Source: an uncultured cyanobacterium
Lineage (GTDB): Bacteria; Cyanobacteriota; Cyanobacteriia; Cyanobacteriales; CAWCAG01
Reading direction: 5' to 3'
Assembly: GCA_963803805.1 (NCBI GenBank)
Contig: CAWDOD010000010.1
Span: forward strand, 288,001-352,000
Length of the DNA stretch: 64,000 nt
Part shown: piece by piece, positions 49,492 through 59,850 of the stretch
How positions within the stretch are numbered: position 1 is the stretch's first letter
Layout: every line of letters begins with the position of its first letter
Translations under genes and position numbers: made by a program
The notes under the pieces: model-generated
Seen by the model: only the letters and a program-made list of their open reading frames with translations
What the model was told of the DNA's origin: nothing
The model's database searches: none

Positions 49492-51783
49492 ATGAAACCA
49501 GCTTTAAGAAAAAAGTTCTCGGTGGTAGGGAAATATGTTTCCTTCGATTTACTACTCTGTACTAGTGGAGTTATTGCCCTTCTTTTGATTGCTAGTTTTG
49601 AATTTGGTCAATATTTTGAGATTAATAGCCAATTTTGGCTGCTTTTCGCCGTGGTGATTTTATTAGCTAGCTTAGGAGGGCAAGTAGGGGCTTGGATAGG
49701 TACAGCTATAGTCAGTCTTTACCAAATCTTTCAGCTTCTAGAGACTCAAGAATCCTTAGTTGTAACAGAAGAGGTAAGACATCTTACTCTTAGTATCTTC
49801 GTAATGTTAATTACTGCCACAGTAGTAGGAAAAACCAAAGATTATAACAAACAATTAATTCAAGCCTTACAAGAAGCCCAAGCAGACTTAGAGAAGCGAG
49901 TTAAAGAGCGCACCGCAGAACTTTCCCTGGTTAATGAACAGTTACGCTTATTAGAATCTGTGGCTGTTTGTGCTAATGATGCAGTATTAATTACTGAAGC
50001 CCGCCCCGTTAGTGAACCAGGACCAAAAATAGTTTATGTGAATGAAGCCTTTACACGGATGACGGGTTATACAGCCCAAGAGGTTTTAGGTAAAACTCCT
50101 AGAATACTCCAAGGTGAAAAAACTAACCGCCGTCAACTTAACAAAATTCGTACAGCTATTACTAAATTCCAGCCAATTCAAATTGAATTGATTAATTACC
50201 ACAAAGATGGTTCAGAATTTTGGGTTGAATTGAGTATTGTACCCATTGCTGATGAAAAGGGTTATTATACTCATCTGCTTTCCATCCAAAGAGATGTTAG
50301 CGATCGCAAGGAAGCAGAGGCAGCTTTAAAAGATAGCGAAACCCGTAATCAAGCTCTTTTAAATGCTATACCAGACTTGATGTTCCGCCTCAGTCGCCAG
50401 GGAACATTTTTAGATTTCCGGGCTAGAGCGCAAGACTTATTGATGAAACCAGAAGAGATTATTGGTACTAACCTTGCCCAATCAACGATGCCGCCGCCAG
50501 TTGTCAGTCTCATTAAAAAGGCAATCTCCCAAGCCTTAGCTACAGGAGAGGTTCAAAGTATAGAATATTCCTTACCTTTACCAGATAGACTTCATTATTA
50601 CGAAGCAAGATTAGCAGAAAGTGGTTTAGATGAAGTTGTAGCAATGGTGAGGGATATTACTGAACGCAAGCAAGTTGAGGAAAAATTACGGGAGAACCAT
50701 CAATTTATTCAGCGTATTGCTGATACTACTCCTGGTATTTTGTACATTTATGATCTCAAAAAACAGCAGAATGTTTATGTGAATCGTTCTGTAGTTGAAT
50801 TTCTTGGTTATCCTGTTACTAATCAAAGGCAAAAGTACCTGAGCAAAAAACTATTTCATCCAGAAGACTTTCTTGAGATTAATCAACACTTAAAGAACCT
50901 GAATTCATGTCCAGATCAAACTATTGCCGAAATTGAATATCGGATACTTGATGCTAAGGGAAAGTGGCGTTGGTTTAATAGTCGCAACACGGTTTTTACT
51001 AGAAACAGTGACGGTACACTAAAACAAATTGTTGGAGTTGCTCAAGATATTACTGAGCATAAAATAGCTCAAGAAACTCGCCTTGCTCTAGAAAAAGAGA
51101 AAGAATTAAGTAAGCTACAACTTCGTTTCTTTTCCATGATTTCCCATGAATTTCGTACTCCTTTAAGTACAATTTTAATGTCAGCTCAAATTCTCGAACA
51201 TAATACTGCCCAAAAGCCCACCACCAAAACTTTAAGAAATTTACACCGCATTCAAACTTCGGTGAAACATATGCTTCATCTACTAGAGGATTTGCTGACT
51301 ATTAATCGTGCAGAAAGTGGCAAGTTAGAATTTAATCCTCAAAGGATTGTCTTAGAAGATTTTATTGTGCAAATTATAGAAAATATTCACCTTGCTCATA
51401 ATCATAAGTTTCAATTTGAGGTAAGCAATTCTTGTCAAGATAATATTATGTATTTAGATGGGAAGTTGTTGTGGTTTATCCTATCTAATTTAATCTCCAA
51501 TGCTATCAAATATTCTCCGGGAGACTACCCAGTTCGCCTAGAAGTTTTTTGTCAAAACAAGCTAGCTATTTTCCGCATCAGAGATAGAGGTATTGGTATC
51601 CCCACTGAAGATATTCCTAACTTATTTGAGCCATTTAGAAGGGGACAGAATGTTGGTATTCTAACCGGTTCAGGATTAGGATTAACGGTAGTCAAAAAGT
51701 GTGTAGACTTGCACGGCGGTACTATTGAGGTGAAAAGTGAAGTTGGAGTTGGTACTATAGTAACAGTCAAACTTCCTTGTTAA
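49492..51783 (+). CDS. Membrane sensor histidine kinase with three PAS/PAC domains
   Basis: N-terminal TMs; PAS motifs; H-box SHEFRTPL; N-box NLISNAIKYS; G-boxes DRGIGI and GSGLGL. Confidence 0.95.
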   Translation: MKPALRKKFSVVGKYVSFDLLLCTSGVIALLLIASFEFGQYFEINSQFWLLFAVVILLASLGGQVGAWIGTAIVSLYQIFQLLETQESLVVTEEVRHLTLSIFVMLITATVVGKTKDYNKQLIQALQEAQADLEKRVKERTAELSLVNEQLRLLESVAVCANDAVLITEARPVSEPGPKIVYVNEAFTRMTGYTAQEVLGKTPRILQGEKTNRRQLNKIRTAITKFQPIQIELINYHKDGSEFWVELSIVPIADEKGYYTHLLSIQRDVSDRKEAEAALKDSETRNQALLNAIPDLMFRLSRQGTFLDFRARAQDLLMKPEEIIGTNLAQSTMPPPVVSLIKKAISQALATGEVQSIEYSLPLPDRLHYYEARLAESGLDEVVAMVRDITERKQVEEKLRENHQFIQRIADTTPGILYIYDLKKQQNVYVNRSVVEFLGYPVTNQRQKYLSKKLFHPEDFLEINQHLKNLNSCPDQTIAEIEYRILDAKGKWRWFNSRNTVFTRNSDGTLKQIVGVAQDITEHKIAQETRLALEKEKELSKLQLRFFSMISHEFRTPLSTILMSAQILEHNTAQKPTTKTLRNLHRIQTSVKHMLHLLEDLLTINRAESGKLEFNPQRIVLEDFIVQIIENIHLAHNHKFQFEVSNSCQDNIMYLDGKLLWFILSNLISNAIKYSPGDYPVRLEVFCQNKLAIFRIRDRGIGIPTEDIPNLFEPFRRGQNVGILTGSGLGLTVVKKCVDLHGGTIEVKSEVGVGTIVTVKLPC

Positions 51784-51847
51784 TTGGCTAACGAAACAAT
51801 TTCCAATTTTATTACTTATTAATTATTACCTATTACTTAAGGTAACC

Positions 51848-52837
51848 ATGAGCGATCGCCAACCATCAGAATTGGATTCCCTGCGGCAAGAAGTTGCTGA
51901 ATTGAGGAAAACTAAAATAGCTTTTGATGCTCAAAACAACCTTTTAAAAGCATCGACGATGGCGAGCCAAACTGCATCAGGGAATCTAATGCTGAAGACT
52001 GTTTTACAACAGGCATTATCTATTGCTAGTCAAGTGGTCGAAGCTGAGGAGAGTAGTCTTTTCCTACTTAATAGTCAAGGAGTAGTTATTGAAAGTATAC
52101 TCGCTCGCGGTGCTACAATTAAAGGGCAAAAGCAAACTATTATTGGTAAAGTTTTAGATAAAGGTTTGGCTGGTTGGGTAATTGAAAATCGTCAAATAGG
52201 CTTAATTAAAAATACAAATATTGATGAGCGTTGGTTAACTTTACCCAATCAACCTTACCAAGTAGGTTCGGTTTTATGTGTGCCGATTTTTAGAGGCAGA
52301 ACCCTATTGGGAATAATCACATTAATGCACTCTAAAACAGAGCATTTCAGCCGTACATCTGTGGAATTAATACAGATGATTGCTGTAAATATGGTGATGG
52401 TATTAGATAATGTGCGACTTTCTTTAGAAGCGGAACAACAGGCAACTAATTTATCTTCTTTCTCGGCAAAAGCCACCAGTGCCAATAAAGATTGTCTAAC
52501 AAGTTTATCTGAAAACAAGTTAAGCAGGCTTGGTTTTTATATTATTTTAAACAAAGGAAAATTTCTTTATGCAAATCAGCAATTAGCTAAGATTTTCGGC
52601 TACAGCTTTGGTGAACTTGTTGCTTTAGAATCTCTATTTACTTTAGTAGCAACTAGTAATTGGGAACAAATCACTCAAGAAATTAACCGTTGCTTTCAAG
52701 GTAGAGAAAAAGTTATTGCCCTTACTTTTCAAGGACGCTGCAAAGATGCTTCAATTATTGATGTTGAAACCTATGGTAATCGTACCAAGTTTTATGGCAA
52801 AACTGCCATAATTGGCGCATTGAGACAAGCCTTATAA
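51848..52837 (+). CDS. GAF + PAS domain protein without an output domain
   Basis: GLAGWV..DERW..SVLCVPI..GIITL (GAF) and FLYANQQLAKIFGYS (PAS). Confidence 0.85.
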   Translation: MSDRQPSELDSLRQEVAELRKTKIAFDAQNNLLKASTMASQTASGNLMLKTVLQQALSIASQVVEAEESSLFLLNSQGVVIESILARGATIKGQKQTIIGKVLDKGLAGWVIENRQIGLIKNTNIDERWLTLPNQPYQVGSVLCVPIFRGRTLLGIITLMHSKTEHFSRTSVELIQMIAVNMVMVLDNVRLSLEAEQQATNLSSFSAKATSANKDCLTSLSENKLSRLGFYIILNKGKFLYANQQLAKIFGYSFGELVALESLFTLVATSNWEQITQEINRCFQGREKVIALTFQGRCKDASIIDVETYGNRTKFYGKTAIIGALRQAL

Positions 52838-52848
52838 AAAAGCTAAAA

Positions 52849-54516
52849 ATGACCAAACTATCCATATTGAAACGATGGCAACCCGTATTAGTGGCTTTAG
52901 GATGTGCTTTAGCTATTATCCTCACCAACTGTACTCAGAACAACAATAGTCAAGATGTTGGGTTAGCCCCGACATCCCCTGGGCAAAGTCAGTCAGATGT
53001 ATTAATTTATGCTTCCGGGGGACAACCTGTTAACTTAGAACCGGGCAATATTACCGATGGAAACTCAATTATTGTCCAGCAACAAATTTACAATCGTCTT
53101 TTGGAAACGAAACCAGGAACCACCGAATCTACCTCAGCATTAGCCACTTCTTGGGAAAGTTCTGAAGATGGCAAAACTTGGACATTTAAGTTACGGGAAG
53201 GAGTGAAGTTTCACGACAGTACAGATTTTAATGCCGATGCCGTTAAGTTCAATGTGGAACGGTGGTGGGATAAAGAACATCCTTACGGTTTTCGTGAGGC
53301 TGGGAAGAATTATGAAATTTGGGGTAGTTTATTTGGTGGCTTTCGAGGGGAGGCAGAGTCTTTGCTACAGGAAGTCAAAGTTGTAGATGATTACACCATT
53401 GAGTTTACACTACAAAAACCCTTCGCTGCTTTTCCTGCTGCCATTGGTTCTGGTTATTTTGGTATTGCTAGCCCCACAGCTATTCAAAAAGCTGAAGAAA
53501 AGTATGGTACACCCAACTCAATAGCAGTAGGTACAGGGGCTTTTAAATTTGAAGAATGGCGTACAGGCGATCGCATCATTTTAGCTAAAAATCCTGATTA
53601 CTGGCAGCCAGATTTACCAAAAACCGAACAGTTAGTTTTCCGCTTCATTAGTGATCCTGCTGCTAGATTAGCAGAGTTAAGAGCTGGTGGGGTAGATTTT
53701 ACCGAGGATTTAACCCCCGATCAGCGCGAGGAAATTGAGAAGGATGCTAACTTAGAAGCCGTGGTACGCCCTTCCTTTAATGTCGGTTATTTGGCACTTA
53801 ATCCCACCTACGAACCCCTTGCCAAGTTAGAAGTGCGCCAAGCCATCGCCCTAGCTATTAATCGCCCTGGCATCGTCGCAGCATTTTGGGGAGAATTAGC
53901 CACCAGTGATCCTCATTTTACTCCTCCGTCTTTAGATTGGTCACAGGATCAAGAATTAGCAGATTATCAATATGATCCTGAAATTGCCAAGCAATTATTA
54001 ACAGAAGCAGGTTACGAACAAGGCTTTGATTTAGATTTATGGTATATGCCTGTTTCTCGCCCCTATTATCCTTCCCCTAAAGCGATCGCCGAAGCATTTT
54101 CAGCAGATTTGAATGCTGTGGGTATTAAGGTTAACTTACAAACCAAAGATTGGGCTGCCTACCTTGAAGATCGGCGCAAAGCCCCAGGATATCAAGCTTT
54201 TATGTTAGGTTGGACAGGAGATTATGGTGATCCTGATAACTTTTACTATGCCCATTTTAGCCCTGCCGCTACAGCAGATTTAGGGAACTGGCAAAACGAA
54301 AGCCTCCTAGAATTATTAGAAAAAGGACGACAGGAACAGCAACAGGAAGCAAGGGCAAAAATCTACGCAGAGATAGATAAAATCGTAGCCACAGAAAAGG
54401 TTCGCATTCCCATAGTTCATTCCCAACCTTTGTTAGCAAAAAGGAAAAACATTCAAGGTTGGCAACCTAGTCCCCTTAGTTCAGAACCTTTTTCTACAAT
54501 TGAAAAGGATGGCTAG
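52849..54516 (+). CDS. ABC peptide-binding lipoprotein (DppA/OppA, SBP family 5)
   Basis: Lipobox LTNC, LATSWESSEDGKTWTFKLREGVKFHD, VGTGAF, MPVSRPY and GWTGDYGDPDNF. Confidence 0.93.
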   Translation: MTKLSILKRWQPVLVALGCALAIILTNCTQNNNSQDVGLAPTSPGQSQSDVLIYASGGQPVNLEPGNITDGNSIIVQQQIYNRLLETKPGTTESTSALATSWESSEDGKTWTFKLREGVKFHDSTDFNADAVKFNVERWWDKEHPYGFREAGKNYEIWGSLFGGFRGEAESLLQEVKVVDDYTIEFTLQKPFAAFPAAIGSGYFGIASPTAIQKAEEKYGTPNSIAVGTGAFKFEEWRTGDRIILAKNPDYWQPDLPKTEQLVFRFISDPAARLAELRAGGVDFTEDLTPDQREEIEKDANLEAVVRPSFNVGYLALNPTYEPLAKLEVRQAIALAINRPGIVAAFWGELATSDPHFTPPSLDWSQDQELADYQYDPEIAKQLLTEAGYEQGFDLDLWYMPVSRPYYPSPKAIAEAFSADLNAVGIKVNLQTKDWAAYLEDRRKAPGYQAFMLGWTGDYGDPDNFYYAHFSPAATADLGNWQNESLLELLEKGRQEQQQEARAKIYAEIDKIVATEKVRIPIVHSQPLLAKRKNIQGWQPSPLSSEPFSTIEKDG

Positions 54517-54563
54517 TTGCTAGTTGCTAATTGCTAGTTGTTATAACCATCATCCAACTAACT

Positions 54564-54620
54564 GTAAGGGCGGGTTTAGTTTGTTGAATTGTGATCATCA
54601 TAGTCTTGGGTTAAATCCGC
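54564..54620. repeat. Degenerate long-loop REP directly downstream of the RAYT gene
   Basis: GTAAGGGCGGGTTTAG-[loop]-TTAAATCCGC abutting the RAYT stop codon. Confidence 0.5.
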
Positions 54621-55172
54621 TTATTCTCCCCTAACATTTTGCAACATCATGCCACTTTCATATACACCCCAGTTAAACGGATAAATGCCTTGGCTAATAA
54701 ACCGATGAATTGTTGAAAATTGCCAATCTTGCGCCGACTTACATAGCCCATGTTTAACGGGATTGTAATGAATATAATCACAGTGCAAGGCAAAATCTTG
54801 TTCATCTCGAACTAAATGTTCCCAAAAACGGCGTTGCCAGAGATTACTTTCTTGCCTTTTACGACGAGAAAGAGAAATACTCCCCTCAACAGCGATCGCA
54901 TCTCTATAATGCTTGGTAACATAAGTTTTGATTAATCGCAGTCGCCTAGAAAAATCATGATCGTGGGGAGGCAAAGTTAAAAGACAATGGAAATGATCCG
55001 GTAGCAAGATAAAGGCATCAATGGAAAACGGATGTTTAGTCTTAACCTGCAAAATTCCTTCTCGAAGAGCTTTCCTACCTACATCTTGGCATAGCCAGGG
55101 GTTTCTTTGATGGGTAACTTGAGTAATAAAGTAAGTCCTTCCCGGTGTTTTAAGTCTTCTGTAGTTTGGCAT
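54621..55172 (-). mobile_element. rayT: REP-associated tyrosine transposase (RAYT/TnpA-REP, HUH Y1 family)
   Basis: MPNYRR..PGRTYFIT, HUH motif LPDHFH, LWQRRFWEH and catalytic DYIHYNPVKHG. Confidence 0.93.
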
Positions 55173-55242
55173 TAGCTTAGAGAATTGATGCGCTACTCCA
55201 TCTGCGCTTTATCGTAGCATCATAGTCGCGATCGCAGGAATC

Positions 55243-56491
55243 GTAGGGTGTGTTAGTGCTGCCAACAATTTTGGGTAAATGAGTGGAATTTCCTTCAGCA
55301 CGTAACGCACCATAAATTAATTCAAATGGGAATTGGTGCGTTACGGCGGATAAAGACTTTTTGATTTAATCTCAATTTTTATGATAACCGCCTAACACAC
55401 CCTACTATTAATGAGTGGAATTTCCTTCAGCAGGTAACGCACCACAAATTAATTCAAATGGGAATTGGCGCGTTATCGTCTCCGTATTATCGTAGGGTGT
55501 GTTAGTGCTGCCAACAATCCTAGATAAATGAGTAAAAGTCAATTCAGCACGTAACGCACCGCAAATTAATTCAAATGGGAATTGGTGCGTTACGGCGGAT
55601 AAAGACTTTTTGATTTAATCTCAATTTTTATGATAACCGCCTAACACACCCTACTATTAATGGGTGGAATTTCCTTCAGCAGGTAACGCACCGCAAATTA
55701 ATTCAAATGGGAATTGGTGCGTTACGGCGGACAAAGTATTTTTTATTTAATCTCAATTTTTATGATAACCGCCTAACACACCCTACTATTAATGGGTGGA
55801 ATTTCCTTCAGCAGGTAACGCACCGCAAGTTAATTCAAATGGGAATTGGTGCGTTACGGCGGATAAAGACTTTTTGATTTAAGCACATTTTTATGATAAC
55901 CGCCTAACACACCCTACTATTAATGGGTGGAATTTCCTTCAGCACGTAACGCACCGCAAGTTAATTCAAATGGGAATTGGTGCGTTACGGCGGATAAAGA
56001 CTTTTTGATTTAAGCACATTTTTATGATAACCGCCTAACACACCCTACTATTAATGGGTGGAATTTCCTTCAGCACGTAACGCACCGCAAGTTAATTCAA
56101 ATGGGAATTGGTGCGTTACGGCGGATAAAGACTTTTTGATTTAAGCACATTTTTATGATAACCGCCTAACACACCCTACTATTAATGGGTGGAATTTCCT
56201 TCAGCAGTAACGCACCGCAAGTTAATTCAAATGGGAATTGGTGCGTTACGGCGGATAAAGACTTTTTGATTTAAGCACATTTTTATGATAGCCGCCTAAC
56301 ACACCCTACTATTAATGGGTGGAATTTCCTTCAGCAGTAACGCACCGCAAGTTAATTCAAATGGGAATTGGTGCGTTACGGCGGATAAAGACTTTTTGAT
56401 TTAAGCACATTTTTATGATAGCCGCCTAACACACCCTACTATTAATGGGTGGAATTTCCTTCAGCAGTAACGCACCGCAAGTTAATTCAAA
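55243..56491. repeat. Tandem array of long-loop REP units (130-132 bp period) upstream of the RAYT gene
   Basis: Eight copies of CCGCCTAACACACCCTAC, ending at 55405, 55654, 55786, 55917, 56048, 56179, 56309 and 56439. Two full GTAG..CTAC doublets are followed by 5'-truncated units. Confidence 0.95.
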
Positions 56492-56678
56492 CTATCCTCA
56501 TAGTTTCACCTTATCTCTACTGTTAATCCCTTTTCTACCAATAGATACAAGCATTTGCTTGACAACGGCTATATTTCCTTAACTTGTCACTGTTGCCTAT
56601 TGCCTATTTCCAATCCTCAATTAACATCCCATAACTCGATAAAATGGAAACAAGCAAAGCCACTTACAAAATATACTA

Positions 56679-56912
56679 ATGACTTCCCACAATAGTTTAT
56701 TAGACCGTATTACTCAAATTCCTGGTCAGTGTGGTGGTCGTCCCTGCATTAGAGGAATGCGAATCAGAGTCACCGATATTTTAGAAATGTTAGCTGAAAA
56801 CATCAATATTAATGAAATTTTAGAAGATTTCCCTGATTTAGAACTAGCAGATATTCAAGCTTGCCTGATTTTTGCAGCACGACGCACTAGTTTTCCTAGA
56901 CTAACAGCATGA
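56679..56912 (+). CDS. DUF433 family antitoxin
   Basis: RIT..PGQCGGRPCIRGMRIRVTDILEML..ILEDFPDLELADIQACL. Confidence 0.92.
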   Translation: MTSHNSLLDRITQIPGQCGGRPCIRGMRIRVTDILEMLAENININEILEDFPDLELADIQACLIFAARRTSFPRLTA

Positions 56913-57250
56913 AGATTTGGATTAATGCTCAACTGCCTCCAACACTAGCACAATGGCTTACAGAAACGTTTGCCCTAGAAGCTATTGCTTTACGGGATTT
57001 AGGCTTACGAGATGCTCAAGATATGGAAATTTTTGAAGCCGCACGAGATGAAAATGCTGTAATTATGACTAAAGATAGTGATTTTATTGACTTGGTATGT
57101 CGATTAGGATCGCTCCCTCAAATTTTATGGATAACCTGCGGTAACGTCACCAATACAAATCTTAGACAGATACTAGCTGCTACTTTGTCCGATGCCTTAG
57201 AAAAGTTACGCCAAGGAGAGGTGATTGTAGAAATAAGTAATAGTTCTTAA
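56909..57250 (+). CDS. DUF5615/VapC45-like PIN toxin
   Basis: MKIWINAQLPP..GLRDAQD.EIF..IMTKDSDF; ATGA overlap with the DUF433 gene. Confidence 0.88.
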   Translation: MKIWINAQLPPTLAQWLTETFALEAIALRDLGLRDAQDMEIFEAARDENAVIMTKDSDFIDLVCRLGSLPQILWITCGNVTNTNLRQILAATLSDALEKLRQGEVIVEISNSS

Positions 57251-57370
57251 GGAGGAAAGCTTGTTAAAGGCTGTAATCATGGTATCCCTGAAACTATGGA
57301 ATACCTTTAACTATTGACTATTGACTTTTGACTATTGACTTTTGACTTGGCGCTATTCCCTCATTAAAAA

Positions 57371-59761
57371 ATGACCAACACCGCAGGCAAGCGTACTGTC
57401 CTCAGTACTAAACCTTATATCATTCTTAATAACCAAGGCCCTACCTTGCCACCGATGGAATTAAGCGCCGAACAGCATATATTAGGTAGAGATGCTAGTC
57501 GTGCGGATTTAGTTGCCCCAGAAAGTTGGCTGGTTATTTCTGGTTGCCATGCTTTGTTACGCAAAAAGGGAGAAAATTATTATATTTTTGATGGAGACGG
57601 GGAAACTCCTAGTACCAACGGTTTGTTTATTAACCACACTCGCATCACTACTACTGATGGTTATTGCCTTGAAAATGGTACGCAAATTCAAATTGGTCAA
57701 GATCCTAAAAATTGGATATTCTTACATTTTTACGATCCGAATAGTCCTAAAGCTGCCAACCCACCTAATCAAAGTTCCCTTGCCTTAAAAAATCGTTCCG
57801 TTGTTTTAGGTAGAGATCCCCAGGCTAACTTACAACTGGATGCACCAACGGTTTCTCGTCGTCATGCCATCATTGATGCTGATGGGCGAGGGCGTTATGT
57901 CATCAAGGATTGCAGTACTAATGGAGTTTTTGTCAACGGGCAGAAAGTGAACGGTTTAGCAAAACTTTCTCCCGGTGCAACTATCCGTATTGGCCCCTAT
58001 AGTTTGGTGCTGAAAGAAGATCAGTTGTTGCTTACGGATAAAGGGGATCGCATTCGCTTAGATGCCTATCATGTGATACGAGAAGTTAAGGACAAACAAG
58101 GGCAAGTACGGCAGCTTTTGGCTAATATTTCCCTGCCTATTGAACCAGGACAGTTTGTGGCGTTGGTAGGGGGTAGTGGGGCAGGCAAATCTACTTTGAT
58201 GCGTACTTTGTTGGGAGTTGATCCCACCACTAAAGGCAGAGTTTATCTTAATGGGGAGGATTTGCGGGATAACTTTAATATTTATCGCAGTCAAATTGGT
58301 TATGTTCCCCAAGATGATATTGTCCACCGTCAACTTAAGGTAGAAGAAGTTCTCACCTACGCAGCACAGTTACGACTACCTCCGGATACGGATGTTAAAG
58401 AGGTGGTGGAAAAGACTTTGCAGCAAATTGAAATGTCCCATCGCCGGGATGTTTTGGTAAGTCAGTTAAGTGGAGGGCAAAGGAAACGAGTTTCTATTGG
58501 AGTCGAACTCCTCGCTGATCCGAAACTCTTTTTCTTAGATGAACCGACATCGGGTTTAGATCCGGGGTTGGATAAAAAGATGATGCAACTGTTACGCAAA
58601 CTTGCCGATCAAGGCAGAACAATTATCCTAGTTACCCATGCTACTACAAATATAACTTTGTGCGATCGCCTTGTCTTTTTGGGTCAAGGGGGAAAACTTT
58701 GTTATTATGGCCCTCCCCAGGAAGCAACTAAGTTTTTTAAAGTTAATAGTGATGATTTTGCGGAGATTTATAACCGCTTAGAAAATCCTCAAAATGTCAT
58801 TAAGGAAGCTAGTAAGTTTCGTCGTTCCCAGCATTACCAAAACTATATTTCTAACCACCTTACTAAAGAAAGCCAGGTAACGAAAGGAAGTCCACCGAAA
58901 AAAGCTCGTTCTTCCAGTTTAAAGCAATTAACCCTATTAACGAAACGCTACTTTAAATTAGTAAGTCGCGATCGCATTAATTTAGCTTTGGCTTTACTTA
59001 CAGCCCCCATCGGTATTAGTTTAATTACCCTAGCAATTCAAGACCAAAATCCCTTAGTTTTAGGTACAGAAGATGACCCTAGCCTCGCACCTTTAGCACT
59101 ACGTGTTTTATTTGTCTTCACCTGTGCAGCCATGTGGGTAGGTTTATCCACTTCTTTGCAAGAAGTTGTTAAAGAAGCAGCTATTTATGCTAGAGAAAGA
59201 TTAGTTAACTTAGCTTTATCAGCCTATTTCGGTTCTAAAACTTTAATTTTAGGAGGGCTAGCAGCACTGCAAACTTTATTAATAACTATTGTTATTCTTG
59301 TTGGTTTTCAGTCACCAAATCCAGAATTTATTTCTTGGCCCCTGGGTTTAGCTATTACCACTTTCTTAACTTTATTTACCTGTATTAGTTTGGGGTTAAT
59401 GGTTTCTACTACAGTTAAAAATAGTTCCCAAGCTAACAATGCCCTGCCCCTACTTTTGTTACCGCAAATTATCTTCTCTGGGGTACTTTTCAAAATGACA
59501 GGTATTGGTAGTAAAATATCTTGGTTAATGTTAAGTCGTTGGTCTGTGGGGGCTTATGGAACTTTAGTTAATGTTAATGCTATGGTTCCCGAACCTACAA
59601 AACTTCCCGATGGTAGTTTAATTACTCCCCCTTTTGAAGGTTCAACTGTTTATGATCCAACTTGGGAAAATTTACTTTTAAATTGGTTTATTCTTCTCTT
59701 ACACGCCAGTTTATATTTAACTGTTGCTTGGTGGGTACAAAAAAGTAAAGATGTTTTTTAA
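57371..59761 (+). CDS. FHA-FHA-ABC transporter (ATPase + permease; Rv1747-like architecture)
   Basis: Two FHA domains (GR..S..H..STNG), Walker A GGSGAGKST, LSGGQRKR, LDEPTSGLD and an ABC2 membrane domain. Confidence 0.93.
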   Translation: MTNTAGKRTVLSTKPYIILNNQGPTLPPMELSAEQHILGRDASRADLVAPESWLVISGCHALLRKKGENYYIFDGDGETPSTNGLFINHTRITTTDGYCLENGTQIQIGQDPKNWIFLHFYDPNSPKAANPPNQSSLALKNRSVVLGRDPQANLQLDAPTVSRRHAIIDADGRGRYVIKDCSTNGVFVNGQKVNGLAKLSPGATIRIGPYSLVLKEDQLLLTDKGDRIRLDAYHVIREVKDKQGQVRQLLANISLPIEPGQFVALVGGSGAGKSTLMRTLLGVDPTTKGRVYLNGEDLRDNFNIYRSQIGYVPQDDIVHRQLKVEEVLTYAAQLRLPPDTDVKEVVEKTLQQIEMSHRRDVLVSQLSGGQRKRVSIGVELLADPKLFFLDEPTSGLDPGLDKKMMQLLRKLADQGRTIILVTHATTNITLCDRLVFLGQGGKLCYYGPPQEATKFFKVNSDDFAEIYNRLENPQNVIKEASKFRRSQHYQNYISNHLTKESQVTKGSPPKKARSSSLKQLTLLTKRYFKLVSRDRINLALALLTAPIGISLITLAIQDQNPLVLGTEDDPSLAPLALRVLFVFTCAAMWVGLSTSLQEVVKEAAIYARERLVNLALSAYFGSKTLILGGLAALQTLLITIVILVGFQSPNPEFISWPLGLAITTFLTLFTCISLGLMVSTTVKNSSQANNALPLLLLPQIIFSGVLFKMTGIGSKISWLMLSRWSVGAYGTLVNVNAMVPEPTKLPDGSLITPPFEGSTVYDPTWENLLLNWFILLLHASLYLTVAWWVQKSKDVF

Positions 59762-59850
59762 TATGGCAATACAAGAGTAAGCGTAAGGTACAACCTAAAT
59801 TCTGACTTTTGCTAATGGCTAGTGGCTAGTAGCTATTAGCAAAAACTAGA

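Noticed and set aside
55243-56491. Tandem array as the missing CRISPR array of the I-D system
   Set aside because: The period is about 131 bp with near-identical intervening sequence and no unique spacers; GTAG/CTAC REP ends and the adjacent RAYT explain it.
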